From the human T2T-CHM13v2.0 reference genome, Homo sapiens: a stretch of 64,000 nucleotides of DNA. A program made the translations under genes and the position numbers. A model generated the notes under the pieces. It searched no databases and was not told the DNA's origin. It was given only the letters and a program-made list of their open reading frames with translations. The stretch lies in the NCBI RefSeq assembly GCF_009914755.1, contig NC_060940.1; one strand, 5' to 3'. Shown piece after piece: positions 1 to 14,112 of the stretch. How positions within the stretch are numbered: position 1 is the first letter of the stretch; every line of letters begins with the position of its first letter.

Positions 1-974
1 CTGCTGTTTGAGTTTGTGCAGGCTGTTAGCCTCTCTGGGATTCCTTTCCTTGCTTGTCCAAGGGTCACGTCCTTCACAGAACCATGGTTATGGGGATGTA
101 GGCACAGGGCATGGATGTGTGGCATCCAGCATGAAATACCCACCCGATAAAAGACCCACCGGATAAAAATTACCATCATCAGCACGTGGTGCTCACCGCC
201 AGTAGCCTTGTCTATAAAATCACTTTCCAGGCTGTGGTGCATGTGGCCTTGTGGTGCATGTGGCATTGTGAGAACTTCCAGAGGCACACTGCTTTACATG
301 CAGGAGGTACTTGAGAAATGGTCATTTCTCTTCCTCCTGGTCTCAATTGCCCTTAATTGCTTTAATTCCTAATAACTCTGAATAGTCAGTCAATCCTGAA
401 AGTCCCGGTGGCTGGAACCCATGAATGGGATGGTCAGGAAGACACGTGCAGGCCTCCGAGAACCCAGACTTCAAACCTGAAGGCACCTTTTTTCCTCATC
501 CCTGGTGACCCACTGAAAACAGATGCATTTTGTGAGTCTTGTTTTTTATGAGCGTGGTGGAGACAGTTCATTATGTCCTCAAGATCCTTTCAGTTGTCTC
601 CTCATCAACAGAACTCAGCAAGTGTACATTTCCCAGGCTCTCTTGCAGCTAGAAGTAGTCATGTGACACCATTCTAGCCAAAGAGATATGAGCTGGGGCT
701 GTTGCTAGGACACAAACCTGTATTTCCTTGATACTTCTTTCTGTTCTTCCTGGTTTGGCCGCAAGCTGCTGTTTCCATTTAAGGATGCGTCTTATGACCC
801 TTTTTTATTAGCTCCCTTGGGCCTCCTGAATTCCTTCTTTAATGAAACTATTTTATTTTGGGACTTGGAATCATCCATAGCCATTTTCACTGGATTTCTA
901 AGTGTACCATTTTGTAACAATGTGCTATGTTTTGAGTTACAAATGTGGGCGCATTTTGTCATTACAAGAGGTAC

Positions 975-1680
975 CACATTTTAAAATTTCTAATTGAAAT
1001 ACACAAAAGTACACGTATCATAAATGTGCCACAGGATGAATTTTGTCAACTGAACATGCTCATGTTCGTTTTTTGCCACGGATGTGTTCATGCTGGCTCA
1101 TGTGGGAGATGGATTTTCTTCTTTAGGTCACAGTATGGGTCTCCTGGGGCTGCTGTGACCTAGGTAACCAGCACCCAAATTGAGAAACAGACATCACCGA
1201 CTCCCAGAAGCCCTCCCTTCTCTGAAACCTGCCCTGTCGGAGTAACCACTATCCTGACTTCCATACAGTATTCATTCCCTCTGCCTATGTTCATGCTTTT
1301 ATACATAAATGAAATCATACAGTATGTTCTTTTGTTTCTAGATTCCTTGACTCAACATTGAGTAGGTGACATTCATTTGTGTTGCAGCCTGTGGTTGTGA
1401 CTCATTCATTCTCGCTGCTGCACAATATTTCACTACATCTAAACACCAGCACATCTTTGTTTCTAACAGCTGTCCGGTATCCTCACATGCGGGAGTAAAG
1501 TGCTGTATTTAACTGGTCCTCTTTGAATGGACTTTGGGAGACTTTCTGTTTGGGGGTGATGACCAGCAATGTTGCAATTCTATTCCTGAACATATCCCTT
1601 GGTGTGCTTTCACCAGTATATAGGCAAATTTCTAGCTTGTCTTTTAAAATGTATCTGCTTCTGAATTGCTGGGCTAATTA
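975..1680 (-). mobile_element. Old L1M 3' region fragment, interrupted at about 1065-1164
   Basis: Matches recalled antisense L1MB/MC-type 3'UTR text (aaaagtacac...gatgaattttg...taaccagcaccca...gaaatcatacagtatg). Confidence 0.75.
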
Positions 1681-2393
1681 AAGAATCATATGGTCCTTTT
1701 GTAATTAAAACAAATCCAACGAAACGCATTCAAATTGCCAAAGTACCCCAGCAGCAAAGTGGAGTCACTTACTCTCTCCCTCTCCTGCCTCCATGAAGTG
1801 ACATATTCTTCCTCCTCTGCGGGCACAGCCTTGAAGCTCACGATCCTTCCACTGCTCTTCCCTCTGGAATGTCTGGAAACAATCTGAAGCCTCGTGAATT
1901 TTATAGGCTCTAAGCATCCATCAGCTGACCTAATCATTTTCAGAGACCTGAAAGTCAGTGTTATCGCCGGTACTACCAAACCTTCACCCGTCGGAAATTG
2001 GAATGGGAAGATTGGTTGCAGTCCATTTCTCCAGAGAAAATGCTCTGAATTGAGGAGGAAAAGGTCTAGTCAGACCCATTTTCATTAAAGAATGAGAATC
2101 CAGGAGGCCTGAGAGAGCTAATAAAAAGAGCTGTAAAATGCATTGCTAAATTAAAAAAAAAAAGGTTTCTTTAAGGCATGTGTAATACATATTCTATTGC
2201 AGTAAAAGGGGGAAATCACTTACATACACATGAAAACAAACCCTTACCACCTTTGAGGCTATCATGCACATTAGAGAGACTCTGAAAGGGGACATCAGGC
2301 ACTGCAGAGAGATGAGGGGAATGAGACGAGCCAGACTTGGACCTCGCATAGTCTTCCTTTCTGTACTGTTTAAATGTTCTAGCCATAAGCATT

Positions 2394-2685
2394 GTATTGT
2401 TTTTCTATTACTGTGTAACAATTTACCACAAATTTAGTGGCTTAAGACAACACACATTTATTAACTCAGTTTCTGTGGGTCAAGAGTCTGAGTGCAGCTT
2501 TGCTGGTGCCCGGCTCGGGGTATCACAAGGCTCAGTCAGGGTGTCAGCTGGGCCACATTCTCATCAGACACCCAACTGGGGAACGATTCTCCTCCAAGTG
2601 CCCTCAGATTATTGGCAGAATTGTTTCCCCTGAAGCTATAAAGCTCATAGCAGCTGGTGTCTTCAAGGCCAACAAGAGAGTCTTG
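2394..2685 (-). mobile_element. MaLR LTR fragment (MLT1D-like)
   Basis: tgtattgttttctattactgtgtaacaatttaccacaaatttagtggcttaagacaacac terminus. Confidence 0.8.
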
Positions 2686-2989
2686 TATTTCTTTTTTTTT
2701 TTTTTTGTATTTTTATTTATTAATTATGTCCCTACACTTCCTTGTTTTTTTCTGCTGTGTGTAAACAGTTGGGCCCATTTCCTTCCATAAATGACCATCC
2801 TCAGTATGTCAGCCACTTCCTCCATATCACGAAATGGTTGCCATGGTTCCAGCTGTCATTTGCTGCTTTCATAATTTCCAATGGAAGAAGGCAAACTGTT
2901 TCTTCATGTCTCTTTTTGAGATCACTAAGCCTAGATGGTCAGCACTCTGTACTTTCCACCCGCATGTCCCTCCATGAGCCAAAATGGTC

Positions 2990-3180
2990 TAGAGCTAGGC
3001 AGATGGGCTCACGTAAGTTACCAAACTCAGCCTCCAACACTTACTACATGACAATGCGTGAGTCCTTTCATCTCTCTGTGACCCAGCTTTCTCATCTATA
3101 AAAGCTGATAACAATAGTATCCATTTCAAAAAATTGTTGTGATCATTAAATGAGGTTATGGATGCATTTGAGCCCAGGGA
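2990..3180 (+). mobile_element. MIR SINE
   Basis: MIR core text (tctctctgtgacccagctttctcatctataaaa...gttgtgatcattaaatgag). Confidence 0.65.
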
Positions 3181-4242
3181 GTTTTTAAGATCCTCACTAT
3201 TGTGGTCATTGTTGTTGTTATTATTATTACTAGCCTGGGGCAGTGTCTGGCTTAACAAATACTTGAGTTGATGACTGATTGACGGGTGGGAACGCTGACA
3301 TGTGTGGAACCCAAAGAAAGGAGCCGAGGTGTGGGAGAAGCAGGAGCTGACAAGCAGCTTGCATGGGACCACCCAGCACGCGGCCTCAGGCCTGGGCCGA
3401 GCCTTCGGGAGTGACTGATTCCCTGTCCGAGTGTGGACCCTGAGCCGGCGGGCCGCCCCCAGTCCGTCTGGGCCCTTTGTTTTTATCTGGCCTGCCCTGT
3501 GGCCCTCAAGCGAACGCTCCGTGTCATTACTGCGCTTGAGACGCTCAGGTACCAGCTCGTTTGTCAATCAGCACCGAGCATTTCAGTTGTCAAAGACGCA
3601 GAGGTCTTTGTGCAATGACAGCCGTCCTCCCCGCCCAGAGGGCCCCCAGCTGCTCTGTGAGGAGCCGCGAAGGAACAGCCGGCCCTGGGAAAGGGCTGAT
3701 AACTGGGGCCAACCCTGGTGGCCTGCTCAGCCTGAAGAGGAGCCCAGCCCAGCCCTAGATCCACCTCAAGGGGATTTAAGGATGCAAAACAGGGCCGAGG
3801 CCTTGTGAACTGTGGCCCAGGGACTCTGTGCAATTGGACCTTCTCTTCACCGCTGCTGAATGACTCCGGATGGGTTAGCCTCTCTGAGCCTCAGTCTCCT
3901 CTTCTGAAAACATGAGAGGGTGGAACCAATCATTGCTGAGTTCTTTCAGCCTGCAATTCTACAGCCAGTTCTGGGAGGGAGATGGGCAGCCCTAGGAAGC
4001 CCGAAGGACACGCAGGTGGGAAGGTGCCAGGAGGGGCAGGGGACAGGGTTGAACTGGCTGAGGCTCATTCTCCAGACTTCACCTCTGAGGCACCCTCAGA
4101 AGTAGTGTCTGCAGGTGTCTTCCTCGCAGACCAAGGGGAGGTGAGGACCAGCACCAGCAACAATGCAACACTCGCACAAACTCGCAGAGACGACATGCTC
4201 ACACGGGCTGGCATGGGAGACGGATTTTCTTCTTTAGGTCGT

Positions 4243-4695
4243 TGTATGGGTCTCCTGGGGCTGCTGGGACAAATGACCACAAACTGGGGGCTTAAACAAT
4301 AAAAATTTACTTTCTCACACTTCTGGATGACAGGAATCCAAGGTCAAGGTGTGGGCAGGGCCATGCTCCCCCTGAGGGCTTGAGGGCAGAGTCCCTCTTT
4401 GTCTCTCGGTCACTGGTGGCTCCAGGTGTTTCCTGGCTTGCAGACGCCTCACCCCAGCCTCTGCCTCCACTCTGCATGGCCTTCTTCTCTGGGTTTCTGG
4501 GGCTTAAGTGTCCCTCCCCTATCTCTTATAAGGACACTAGCCATTGGATTTAGGGCCCACCCTAAATCGGGATGGTCTCATCTTGAGATCCTTAGTTGAA
4601 TCACATCTGCGAAGACCCTAGTCTTAAGCGAGTTTCCGTTTACAGGTTCTGCGGGTTAAGACGGGGAACATTTTGGGGGTCCCCGTCCCACCCTC
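4243..4695 (-). mobile_element. MaLR solo LTR (MLT1B/C-like)
   Basis: tgtatgggtctcctggggctgc...accacaaactggggggcttaaacaa...cttataaggacactagccattggatttagggcccacc. Confidence 0.85.
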
Positions 4696-6578
4696 CGGGG
4701 GCGGCTGAAGTGCTTGAGAGGCCTGCTGTCACACGTCCTCTCAGTCCTGGCTTTCGTTTATTCGAAGCTGCCGTTCCTCCTGGGGCTGCCTGGTTACTTC
4801 CTAAGCCCGCATCTTCCATGTAACCCTGAGCTCCACGAGGGCCACACTTGCTGCTCAGCCCTCTGTCCCCAGGGGCACACACAGGATTTGGCCCAGGGTT
4901 TGTGGGTGTGTGGGGTATCATTATCCAATGAGAGAAGGCCCAAATGATTGACAGAACCAAAGTTTAGTGGCAATGGTCTCTGCGCCTCCGGGTACACTCG
5001 GTGGCTCGCGGCCACGGCTATTTGGTGCTTTCCCTTCGTGAACCATTAACTTTTTTGGAGCCTGAAGTCAAGTCCAAATGACCTGGCTTGCTGAGGTCTG
5101 GAGACCAGGGAAGCAGCCCACCAAGGGAATTTCCTTCCGAAGTTGCAGCCCATCCCCAGGGCTCCAGTGCCGCCAGGACACAAGGAGGCCAGGAGAGCTG
5201 GGAGGAGGGACAAGCCGAGTGGACGGCGCAGAGCTGCATTCTCGGCATGGAGAAGAGCCTCCAGACACAGATGCCATAAGGTGCAGGGAGAGGCCAGCCC
5301 TAAACCCTGGTTCAGTTCTGCAGCACAGTCCCCACCCCGCTCTGTCCCCCGGAACATAGCCCGAGATGCTTGTGGCTGGTTCTGCAACGTTGCCAGCTTC
5401 CTGTCATTGCCCCTTAAAAAAGAGAAAATTCCTGTTGTTTTAGGATTAAGTAATCAGCATGTCATTTATTTCTCCAAACCACAAGTTCAGGGCCTGCCGA
5501 GGAGCTGACCTTGGCACCAGGAAAATGCTGGGCTGGTGGCTGAGCCCGAACCGACTCTGGGGAAGCTGTTGCTGCCTGAATCCTGGAGGGAGGGCTGGGC
5601 TGGCTGCAAGTTCCCAGGAGCATCCCGTCGCCTGTGTAGACTCTATTTTTACCTGTGTAAAATTGAAAAGCAACAGCAGGCATGAGAAATGCCAAACTTG
5701 AGAGCTTCCTGTGGGCAGACCCTGCTCAGGGAGCTGACCTGGACTACTGTGTTTAAACTTCCTAACAGTTCTATGACGTAGGTACTATAATCACGTTATT
5801 TCACTCAAATGCAGCAGCATGGACTTAGAGAGGTTAAGAAACTTGCCCAAGGTCACAGAGCCAGCAAGCAGCAACCTCAGGACTTGAACTTAAAACTGAG
5901 CTCTTGTGATTTTTGTCTCACCCAATGCCCCAAGGGGAAGATAGAGAGCCGAGATGGTGCCGAGAACGGGACACCCCTGGTTACATTCCCATCAGAAAGA
6001 GGAAGGAGGGGCACGTGCCTCTGGCCTGTGAACTCATGAAGTCCAGGGGCAGCCCTGGAGGGGCCGTCCTGGAGTGGGAACTGCGCCCTGACCAGGCTTG
6101 GCTCTGCTCTGTGACAGGAGCACCCTGGCCTGCTCTTCCTCATAGTTCAGGGAGGTTCTTCCTCACCCTTCATCCTCTTGAGCCGCCTGTGAACACTGGG
6201 GGCCCTCCGGGGGTGGGGGAGCTGCACAGTGTTCAGGGCCACATCCCGCCTGCAGAAGGTGGGGAGACCAAGTCTTTAGCTGGCAGTACAACCCTCCTAA
6301 AAACCTAGTAGCCTTCTTAGGTTGGATTACAATTGATCTCATGAAGCAATAAACAGACCCACAGGGAGGCACAGCGTGTGTTCCAGGTGTAGCACTCAGA
6401 CACACTTCTTTCCCTTTTCACCTCTCACACTTCGCATTCTGCACAGACAGTCGTTGGACTTTGCTGGGAAGGTCTCACCACTAACCTTGGCCATGAATCA
6501 TTTTATCCAACTGAAAGGTTTACTAGGCACAGCACCATTCGTCTGCCCTTGGTCCCGAGGGGACTTAGTGAAAATTAG

Positions 6579-7051
<473 letters not shown>

Positions 7052-9514
7052 TGACCAATCACAGCACCCATCCTTTGCGTTGTGTTCCCAACCTCTTTCC
7101 CTAGAGCTGCAAGGCCATCTTGCCCATCAGCCACCTCCAGAGGGACTGCACTCTTACAAAACATTTTGCCACCTCCTAACACGGGGTGCCACCTCTCCGG
7201 CATCTGCCACGCTTCCCTGTCTCCCGCTGCCCACTGCTGAGCCCACACGGCCTGTTTCCGGTTTCTGTTATAGCAACATCCCCATTTTAACACCAGTCTC
7301 TCGAATAGTCTGGATAGACTAGATTGTTTCTACTTTGGGAACAAATTAAACCCCAAGTCCCCGAGGCTTTACACAGCAAAGGTTTATTTCTCATGTTACA
7401 TGTCCGGTGTGCTCTCCTCCAGGTGGTCATTCAGGAATGCAAGCTCTCGGTGGTGTTGCCATCTTGCAGCTGCACCATCTGGAAACCATGGCTGCCCAGG
7501 AAGCCACAAGCCAGGGAAGAGTCAAAGAGGCCCACTACGCAAGGGTTTTCCACTGCCTCCACCTGGGAGCAGCGTGCATTCCTGTGCTCAGAGCTCACTG
7601 GCCAGAACTAGTCCTATGAGCCTTCCTAGCAAGGGGGCTGGGCTGTGCACCGATTGTGTGGCTGGAGGGTATTGGTGTCTTTGCCACACTGGTCTCAAAT
7701 TTAGAAACGGATGCATTTAATGTAGCTTTCCTGTTCTAGGAGGTGTCAGGGAGGGAAGTTTCTACACAACATAGGGCATCTATGTATTAGAGGTAGTTAG
7801 ATGTGAGCTGCTTCTAAGGAATTTGCTGTTCCTGGAGTCAGCCAGAAAAGTCTAGAATCTGGATTCTGGAAGACTGAACTAGACTAGCCAAGTGTCAGAA
7901 CACACTGCACACCAAGAGCTGCCTCTGAAGAAGTCCTAGGACCTGTGACCTTGTCCCAAGTCAAAGGCATCCACTCCAGCCAGGGCTCATTGGAAAAGAG
8001 CTGGCCGCTTGGTTCAAAGCCACCTGCCAGGCCATCAGGTGGCCTGCACGGTGTCCCAGTCAGAAGGCTCTGCCCACAGGTGTGGTGCTGACTCAGCGCC
8101 AGCCAAATCCTTTCTCTGGGGGCACAGAATCTGAGACAGAACGAGAAGGAAAGGTTGGTAGCAGAGGCAGGAGCTCCAGGTCGTGTCAGGAGAGACAGAG
8201 GCAGAGCAGGTGCCTCATGCCATGCCGGAGAAGTCAAGGGGCCGGCGACTTTGGCTTGTGGAGTGGGGACAGGCACCCGCCGGGGGCTCCTGAGTGGCTG
8301 TCCAGCCCCTGCCTCCCTGAAGCCGATGGAGGTTCCTGAGTTGGGTGCTGTGGGGGCCACCATCTGGCATCACTCAGGACCCCCTGATGCTGGGGTGTCG
8401 GTCATGTGATGCTCTGCAGCCACGGCACCCAGATGAAGGCACGGCCTCATGCTGACTCACAGCCCCCACAGCCCATCAGGATCCAGGAACTGGGCACAAG
8501 GGTCCACGTGCTTTGTCCCTCAGCAGACAGCCTGGAGGGCCATCCCAGGCCCAGAGCTCCCCCCGGGGTCGGCTGAGGCTGCTTGTGACCACATTCCAGC
8601 CAGCTCCTCCCTCTGCCTGGCCCTGCGTCCCCCACACCCAGTGGTGCTCACTCCTACTTACCTTTCACACACGAGCATCCCAGAGGGGACACAGCCGGCA
8701 TTGCTGCCCCCTCCCTGTGTCCTCCTGAGCCCTGTGCTTCCTGTGTCAGACCTTGGCTTCTTGAGGGAACCCAGGAAGTCCCTGATGTTTACAGACACAA
8801 GAGCTGAGCTCCCAGTAAGGGAAGAAGGGGACTTCCCCTCTGAGATGGCGGCGGAGCCAGAGTGGGCTTGTTAATTCCTCCGCTCAACATCGCCATGCTT
8901 CTGTAGCTTGGTCTGGAGCCACCATAGCTGCACTCTTGGTCACAGCCTTCTGTGATTCTCTTATCCACAGCCAAGTACCTGATCAGAAGACCCTGCCCAA
9001 GATCCCCCGGCCCAGCACCCTGGCTCGCGAGGGCACGTGCCATGTAATTCCTGCCCATCCCTTTCACCATTCATCCACATGCCCACATCCTCCCGGCTCC
9101 CCAGCATCCAACCCCCACAGCCTGCCTGTGCAACCTTTGCACATGCTGTTCCCCCTGCTGAAACGCCCTTCCCCACACGGGAACTCCAACTCCTCTTCCC
9201 CTCTTGCAGGGCCAACTCAAGCTCCACCTTCCTGCGACTCCATCTGCAGCCCTCCCTACTCCTGTGCCCTCAGCTCTCATTGCCGTCCTGCCATGGAGCC
9301 AGGTGTCCCTCATCTCATTGTTTCAAAATGCTCATTGTTCATGCAGCTTCTCACCACATTCCCAGGACCTGGCAGCATCCTCTAAGAGCAGGACCTTACC
9401 ACGGGCCGGGCAGGGAGCATCCACCCAGCAAAGATTTGTTGAACAAATGGGTGGAGCCAAAAATGATTAATGGAATGAATGTCCAATTAAATGTGTGCTT
9501 AAAGGGATGGTGCT

Positions 9515-9668
9515 TGAGAGAAAGAGGGAGGGAAAGGGAAGGGAGGATGGAAGGAAGCAAGGAAGGAAAGGAGGAAGGGAGGAAGGGAGGAGTGGGGGAG
9601 GGAGAGAGAGAGGGAAGGAGGGACAGAGGGAGAAAGGAGGAAGGGAAAGAAGCAGGGAGAAGAGAGGG
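9515..9668 (+). repeat. GA/GGAA-rich polypurine tract
   Basis: About 150 nt almost purely A/G. Confidence 0.9.
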
Positions 9669-9699
9669 CCGGCAGGCTGCTCCTCCATCTTTCTAAATA

Positions 9700-9905
9700 G
9701 GTTATGGTGGTAACCCAGGAGCTATTTTCATAATTTCACTAAACCTAATAGAAATTGTACGCCAACCCAAATGGGACTGGTTTAAAGGTCAAGTCTCTCT
9801 GCCTTTGGCGATGGCTCTGCTGGTTATCTCATGCTCTGATTGGCTGCCGTAAATGTGTGGTGTGATGAGTAAAGAATGAGGAAGTTGTTATCATTTGGTA
9901 GCCAA
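9700..9905. promoter_or_regulatory. Candidate enhancer (motif cluster)
   Basis: No recognised repeat; AAAGGTCA, GTTATCT, CTGATTGGCT, TGTGGT and GAGGAAGT within about 120 bp. Confidence 0.35.
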
Positions 9906-10559
9906 AAAAAAAAAAAAAGTTTCAAAACTTAAGATCCAAGGGGGTGTCGTCACAAGAGGGCCAATGTTGAGAGCTTCTGATCCAGGAAATTGCCATGGAT
10001 ATAAAAGCAGGCTGATCTGGTATTCATAGCTTTTTAAACCAAGGGTAGCAATTTTTTAAGTGACCCAAATAAAATATTATAAAATTAACTTGCTTGTTTC
10101 CGTGCTAGTAGCTCGTGTTATTTCGGATTGGCTTTAGAGGGAGATGGGTAAGACCCAGTTGCAGGCCGTAGGGTCACTGTCTCTGTGGACTGAGCGGGGA
10201 GCGTGGGAAAGGCTGGGCCAGCAGTGCTGGGTGCATAGCTGGGCTCAGCCCTCCAAGGAGCTATTATTGCTCAACGGTGCCTGAGGATGTGAGAGACCAC
10301 TGAGGGATGGGACCTTGAGGTCATCCAGCTAACTATCTCCTCTATGCATTAATCTTCTCCACAGCACCCCCAATGGCGCTTGAATGCTTCCTCTGATGGG
10401 GAACTCACTACATGCGTGGGTGGCTATTGCACTGTCCTGACTGCTAGAATCAGGGGAGGTCTTATGTTTGCTGAGAGCACATCTCTATGTCCACTGTGTT
10501 ACGGACCTTGTCTCATTCCATCTTCCCAGCGGTCTTGTGGGTCTGTCTTGTCGCCAAGT

Positions 10560-10841
10560 TACTTTTTAAACAACTTTTATTTTAAGTTCAGGGGTACATG
10601 TGCAGGTTTGTTATATAGGTAAACTCGTGCCATGGGGGTTTGTTGAATAGACTATTTCATCGCCCAGGTACTAAGCCTAGTACCCATTAGGTTATTTTTC
10701 CTGATCCTCTCCCTCCTCCCACCTTCCACCCTCTGACAGGCTCTGATGTGTGCTTTTCCCCTCTGTGTGTTCATGTGTCCTCATCGTGTGTTCTTGTCAC
10801 TTATCAGTGAGAACATGTGGTATTTGGTTTTCTGTTCCTGT
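10560..10841 (-). mobile_element. L1PA-type 3' end, 5'-truncated
   Basis: caacttttattttaagttcaggggtacatgtgcaggtttgttatataggtaaactcgtg... is the primate L1 3' end, antisense. Confidence 0.9.
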
Positions 10842-11487
10842 TTTATAGATGGGGAAACTGAGGCCCACTGAAGTCACATGACTGCCTTTGTGGGGGAAGA
10901 CAAGTCCACTCCGGAATGGATGCTGCTGCAGACTCAGCCCTCCCCTGCCCCGGCAGCTCCCCGCCGCTCCGAGCCATCCCTGGCCTGGGTCCCCATCATG
11001 AAGCCCACGCGCTTCCCATGAAAGGAGCCTGCCGAGCCCCGGGCCTGGGCTTCCTCCCTATGATTTCCTGCCTTGCTCCTCAGGCCCTTGGCTGTGTCAC
11101 CACCCTCAGGAGCCTGGCACCCTTTTTGCAGGGAGGAGGAGAGGGGAGCCCCTGTACACTCGCCCCAGGGTCTCTTTGTCTGGCCTGTTTGTCAGGCTAA
11201 ACATCAGCTTTGAGCAAGTGGTTCTCTGCTTGAATGTGGCCTAAAATGTCCCATTAGGGCCACTTTCACCAAAAGTGAACTTGGGTTTTGTTTCTTTTGT
11301 TTTGTTTGAGTGCACTGGGGGTAAAGGGGTCCGTGCGTGGGTGCTTGGTGGGGTAAACATGACTTTACTTAAATCCCTGTGAAAATGCTCTGTTCCCTAA
11401 TGATGCAGATCATCGATTTTTCTGGACACTTGCTGGTGTAAAAAAAAAAAAATCCAGCCCATTGTTGCCTTCTAACCCTTCAACACT

Positions 11488-11792
11488 CAGTGTGTGGGTG
11501 GGTTCCAGGACCCCCTTGTACATAAAAATCTGCAGATGCTGAGACCCTGATCTCAAATGGTGCAATATTCACATATAACTATGCACTTCCTCCCACGTAC
11601 TTTAAATCTCCAGATTGCTTATAATACTTAATACAATGTAAATGCTGTGTAAGAGTTGTTAAACTCTATTGTTTTTATTTGTATTATTTTTATTGTTGCA
11701 TTATTATATTTTATTTCTTTTTCAAAATATTTTAGATCCGCAGTAGGTTGAATCCACAGATATGGAACCCAAAGATGCACAGGGCTGACTGT
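11488..11792. mobile_element. MER2 (Tigger-derived DNA transposon)
   Basis: ggttccaggacccc...taatacaatgtaaatgct...ggttgaatccacagatatggaaccc...gggctgactgta. Confidence 0.85.
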
Positions 11793-13551
11793 ACAGCTGA
11801 GAAGAAACAGCAAATTCCAGGACAGGGGCACGATCCTATTAAGAAAAACTATACACACAGGTACAAATACACCCTCACTGTCGCACCAGTGTATCTGTGC
11901 ACAGGAAAGATGTGGAAATAGCTTTTACCAAAATGCCAGTGATGGTTACGATGATCCAGTGAGATCATGGGCCCTTTTGGTTTTCATCTTTCATCTTTGT
12001 ATATCCTTACTCACATTCAGTGAAAAAAAAAAATAGGGTAGAAGCGAATAATAAAATTTCCTAATTAGTGAATGCAGCCACAGTGCAGGGAAACCAGAGA
12101 AAACGGAAACGTGTTAAACATACACAAATTGATTAAAAACAGCAGCATCAGATTTGAAAAAGACAAGGCCTCTTCCTAGGTCACAGAGCTCCAGAATTGG
12201 GAGTTCAGGGAATGACCTTGTCTCATGAAGAGTGGTGGAGAGTCACTTGTAGGGAGGGCTGAAGGCCCTGCAATGTCACTTGCAGCCTGGGAGGCAGGAC
12301 TGGGTGCTTCAGCCTCTTGTCCCCACACGGAACAGAGGAGGTGCCCAGTGAGTGTCTAATAATTGAAGGTAAGTGATGCATCTTAAACCAACACAGAGTC
12401 TTCGACATTGCCCAGCTCACAGAAAGACGCATCACATCCAGAGAAGGGTGGCAGTGCCAGTCCAATGAGCCCATGGCCAGCAAGGTGGGAGATGTCCACG
12501 TGGCCCCAGGCCCCAGCTGGGGGCTTGGATTAGGGGGAATCTCAGGGAGCAGGGCTGCGCCTCTTAGAAGTCAGGCACAGCTAGGTCTCAGTCGCACCTG
12601 GCCACTTCCACCAGGTGTCTGACCTTGACCTTGAACAGGACTGGCCAGCATCTGAGACCTCGAGCGAGCAAACAGCTTGAGAAAACATCAGAGGTGTTAC
12701 TTCAGTAAGCAGCACCACTGTCAGCCCTAAACGGGAAAACAAGGGAGAAACATGCTCGGGGCGCCTCCTGGGAGCTCGGGGCACCTCCTGCGACGTCACA
12801 GCACCCAGAGACGTAGGTTCCGGTTTCATCTTCACACAACTAGAGCCCCTTGTTTGAGCTCCATTTTATAAACAAGGAAACCGAAGCTTAGAAGGTGAAA
12901 TTACTTTTCCAAGTTGGAATAATCAGACGGGTTTCCTGAGGCCTCTGGGCACCCATAATAACAATTTATTGATCAAAATTGAATGAATGAATAAATGAAT
13001 GAATAAATGAATTAGTGATAAATCCCAAAACAAACCAAAAAAAGGTAACAACTAGAAGAAAAAGATATGATATGAAAAGTTAATTGATTATAATCTATGG
13101 TACTATACATTAGGTTGTATAGCTTTCACAACTTCACAAAAACTTATTTTTGATTCCTAACAAATAAAAAATACTAACACATATGGTAATAATATTCTAT
13201 AATAACATTTTAATTAATGTTATTAATAAAAATATTAACATATTTTTAATTAAATAATAACACAGACACATAGAAATCACTTCCTGGCTTAACACATACT
13301 TGGCTGAATTCCTTGGTCCACGTATCACCCTGAATCTGAAACATCCTTTCTGCACCAGCCATTGACCCAGGAACTGAAACAGAGCATTGAACCTCACTAA
13401 CAAGTGTGTGCTTACAATTTCTTCACCCAAAAAGTATTTCCACTTATCAAGAGATGGCATTTCCTCCAGGGACGTAAGCATCCTGTGTGAGGCGAGAGTG
13501 ACTCAGAGGGAGGGCCTGGAGAACAGCTCCCAGCAGCCCACACATGGTGAC

Positions 13552-14008
13552 TGCGTGAGCGGCCTGTGGCCACCACAATAGTTACCACAAATTGGGTGGC
13601 AAAAGACAAGAGAAATGTATTCCCCCCAGTTCTGGGGGCCAGAAGTCTGAAGTCAAGTCATCCGCAGAGCCCTGCTCCCTCTGAAGCCTCCAGCGGGGAT
13701 CCTTCCTGCCTCTTCCAACTCCTGGTGGCCCCAGGCATTCCCTGGCTTGTGGATGCATCACTCCCATCTCTGCTTCCGTTTTCATGTGGCCTCTCCTCTA
13801 TGTGTGTCTGTGTCTTCTCTTCTGCTTCTTATGAGGACACCTGTCATCGGCTTTACAACCCACCGTAAGTTCAAGACGATCTCATCTCAAGATCCTTATC
13901 TTAATTATGTCTATGAAGATTCTATTTCCAAATAAGTTCATATTCGTGCGGTCTGGAAGATTAGAATGTGGACACATCTTTTTCAGGGACACAATTCACC
14001 CCACTGCA
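13552..14008 (-). mobile_element. MaLR solo LTR (MLT1B/C-like)
   Basis: taccacaaattgggtggc...cagttctgggggccagaagtctgaagtcaag...cttatgaggacacctgtca. Confidence 0.85.
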
Positions 14009-14112
14009 GTGACCACAGCCGGATCAGACTCGTTCACCCACTTCAGTGACCACAGATGGATCAGACTCGTTCGCTCCCTGCAGTGACCACGGCCGGATCA
14101 GACTTGTTCCCT
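14000..14112 (+). repeat. 37-bp minisatellite, 3 copies
   Basis: cagtgaccac.g..ggatcagact.gttc at 14007, 14044 and 14081. Confidence 0.9.

Noticed and set aside
2686-2930. Minus-strand AATAAA plus poly(A) suggesting a retroposed fragment truncating the LTR
   Set aside because: No TSD found and the body looks like decayed MLT1 sequence.
14007-14112. CRISPR-like repeat spacing
   Set aside because: Contiguous tandem units without unique spacers, in eukaryotic DNA.
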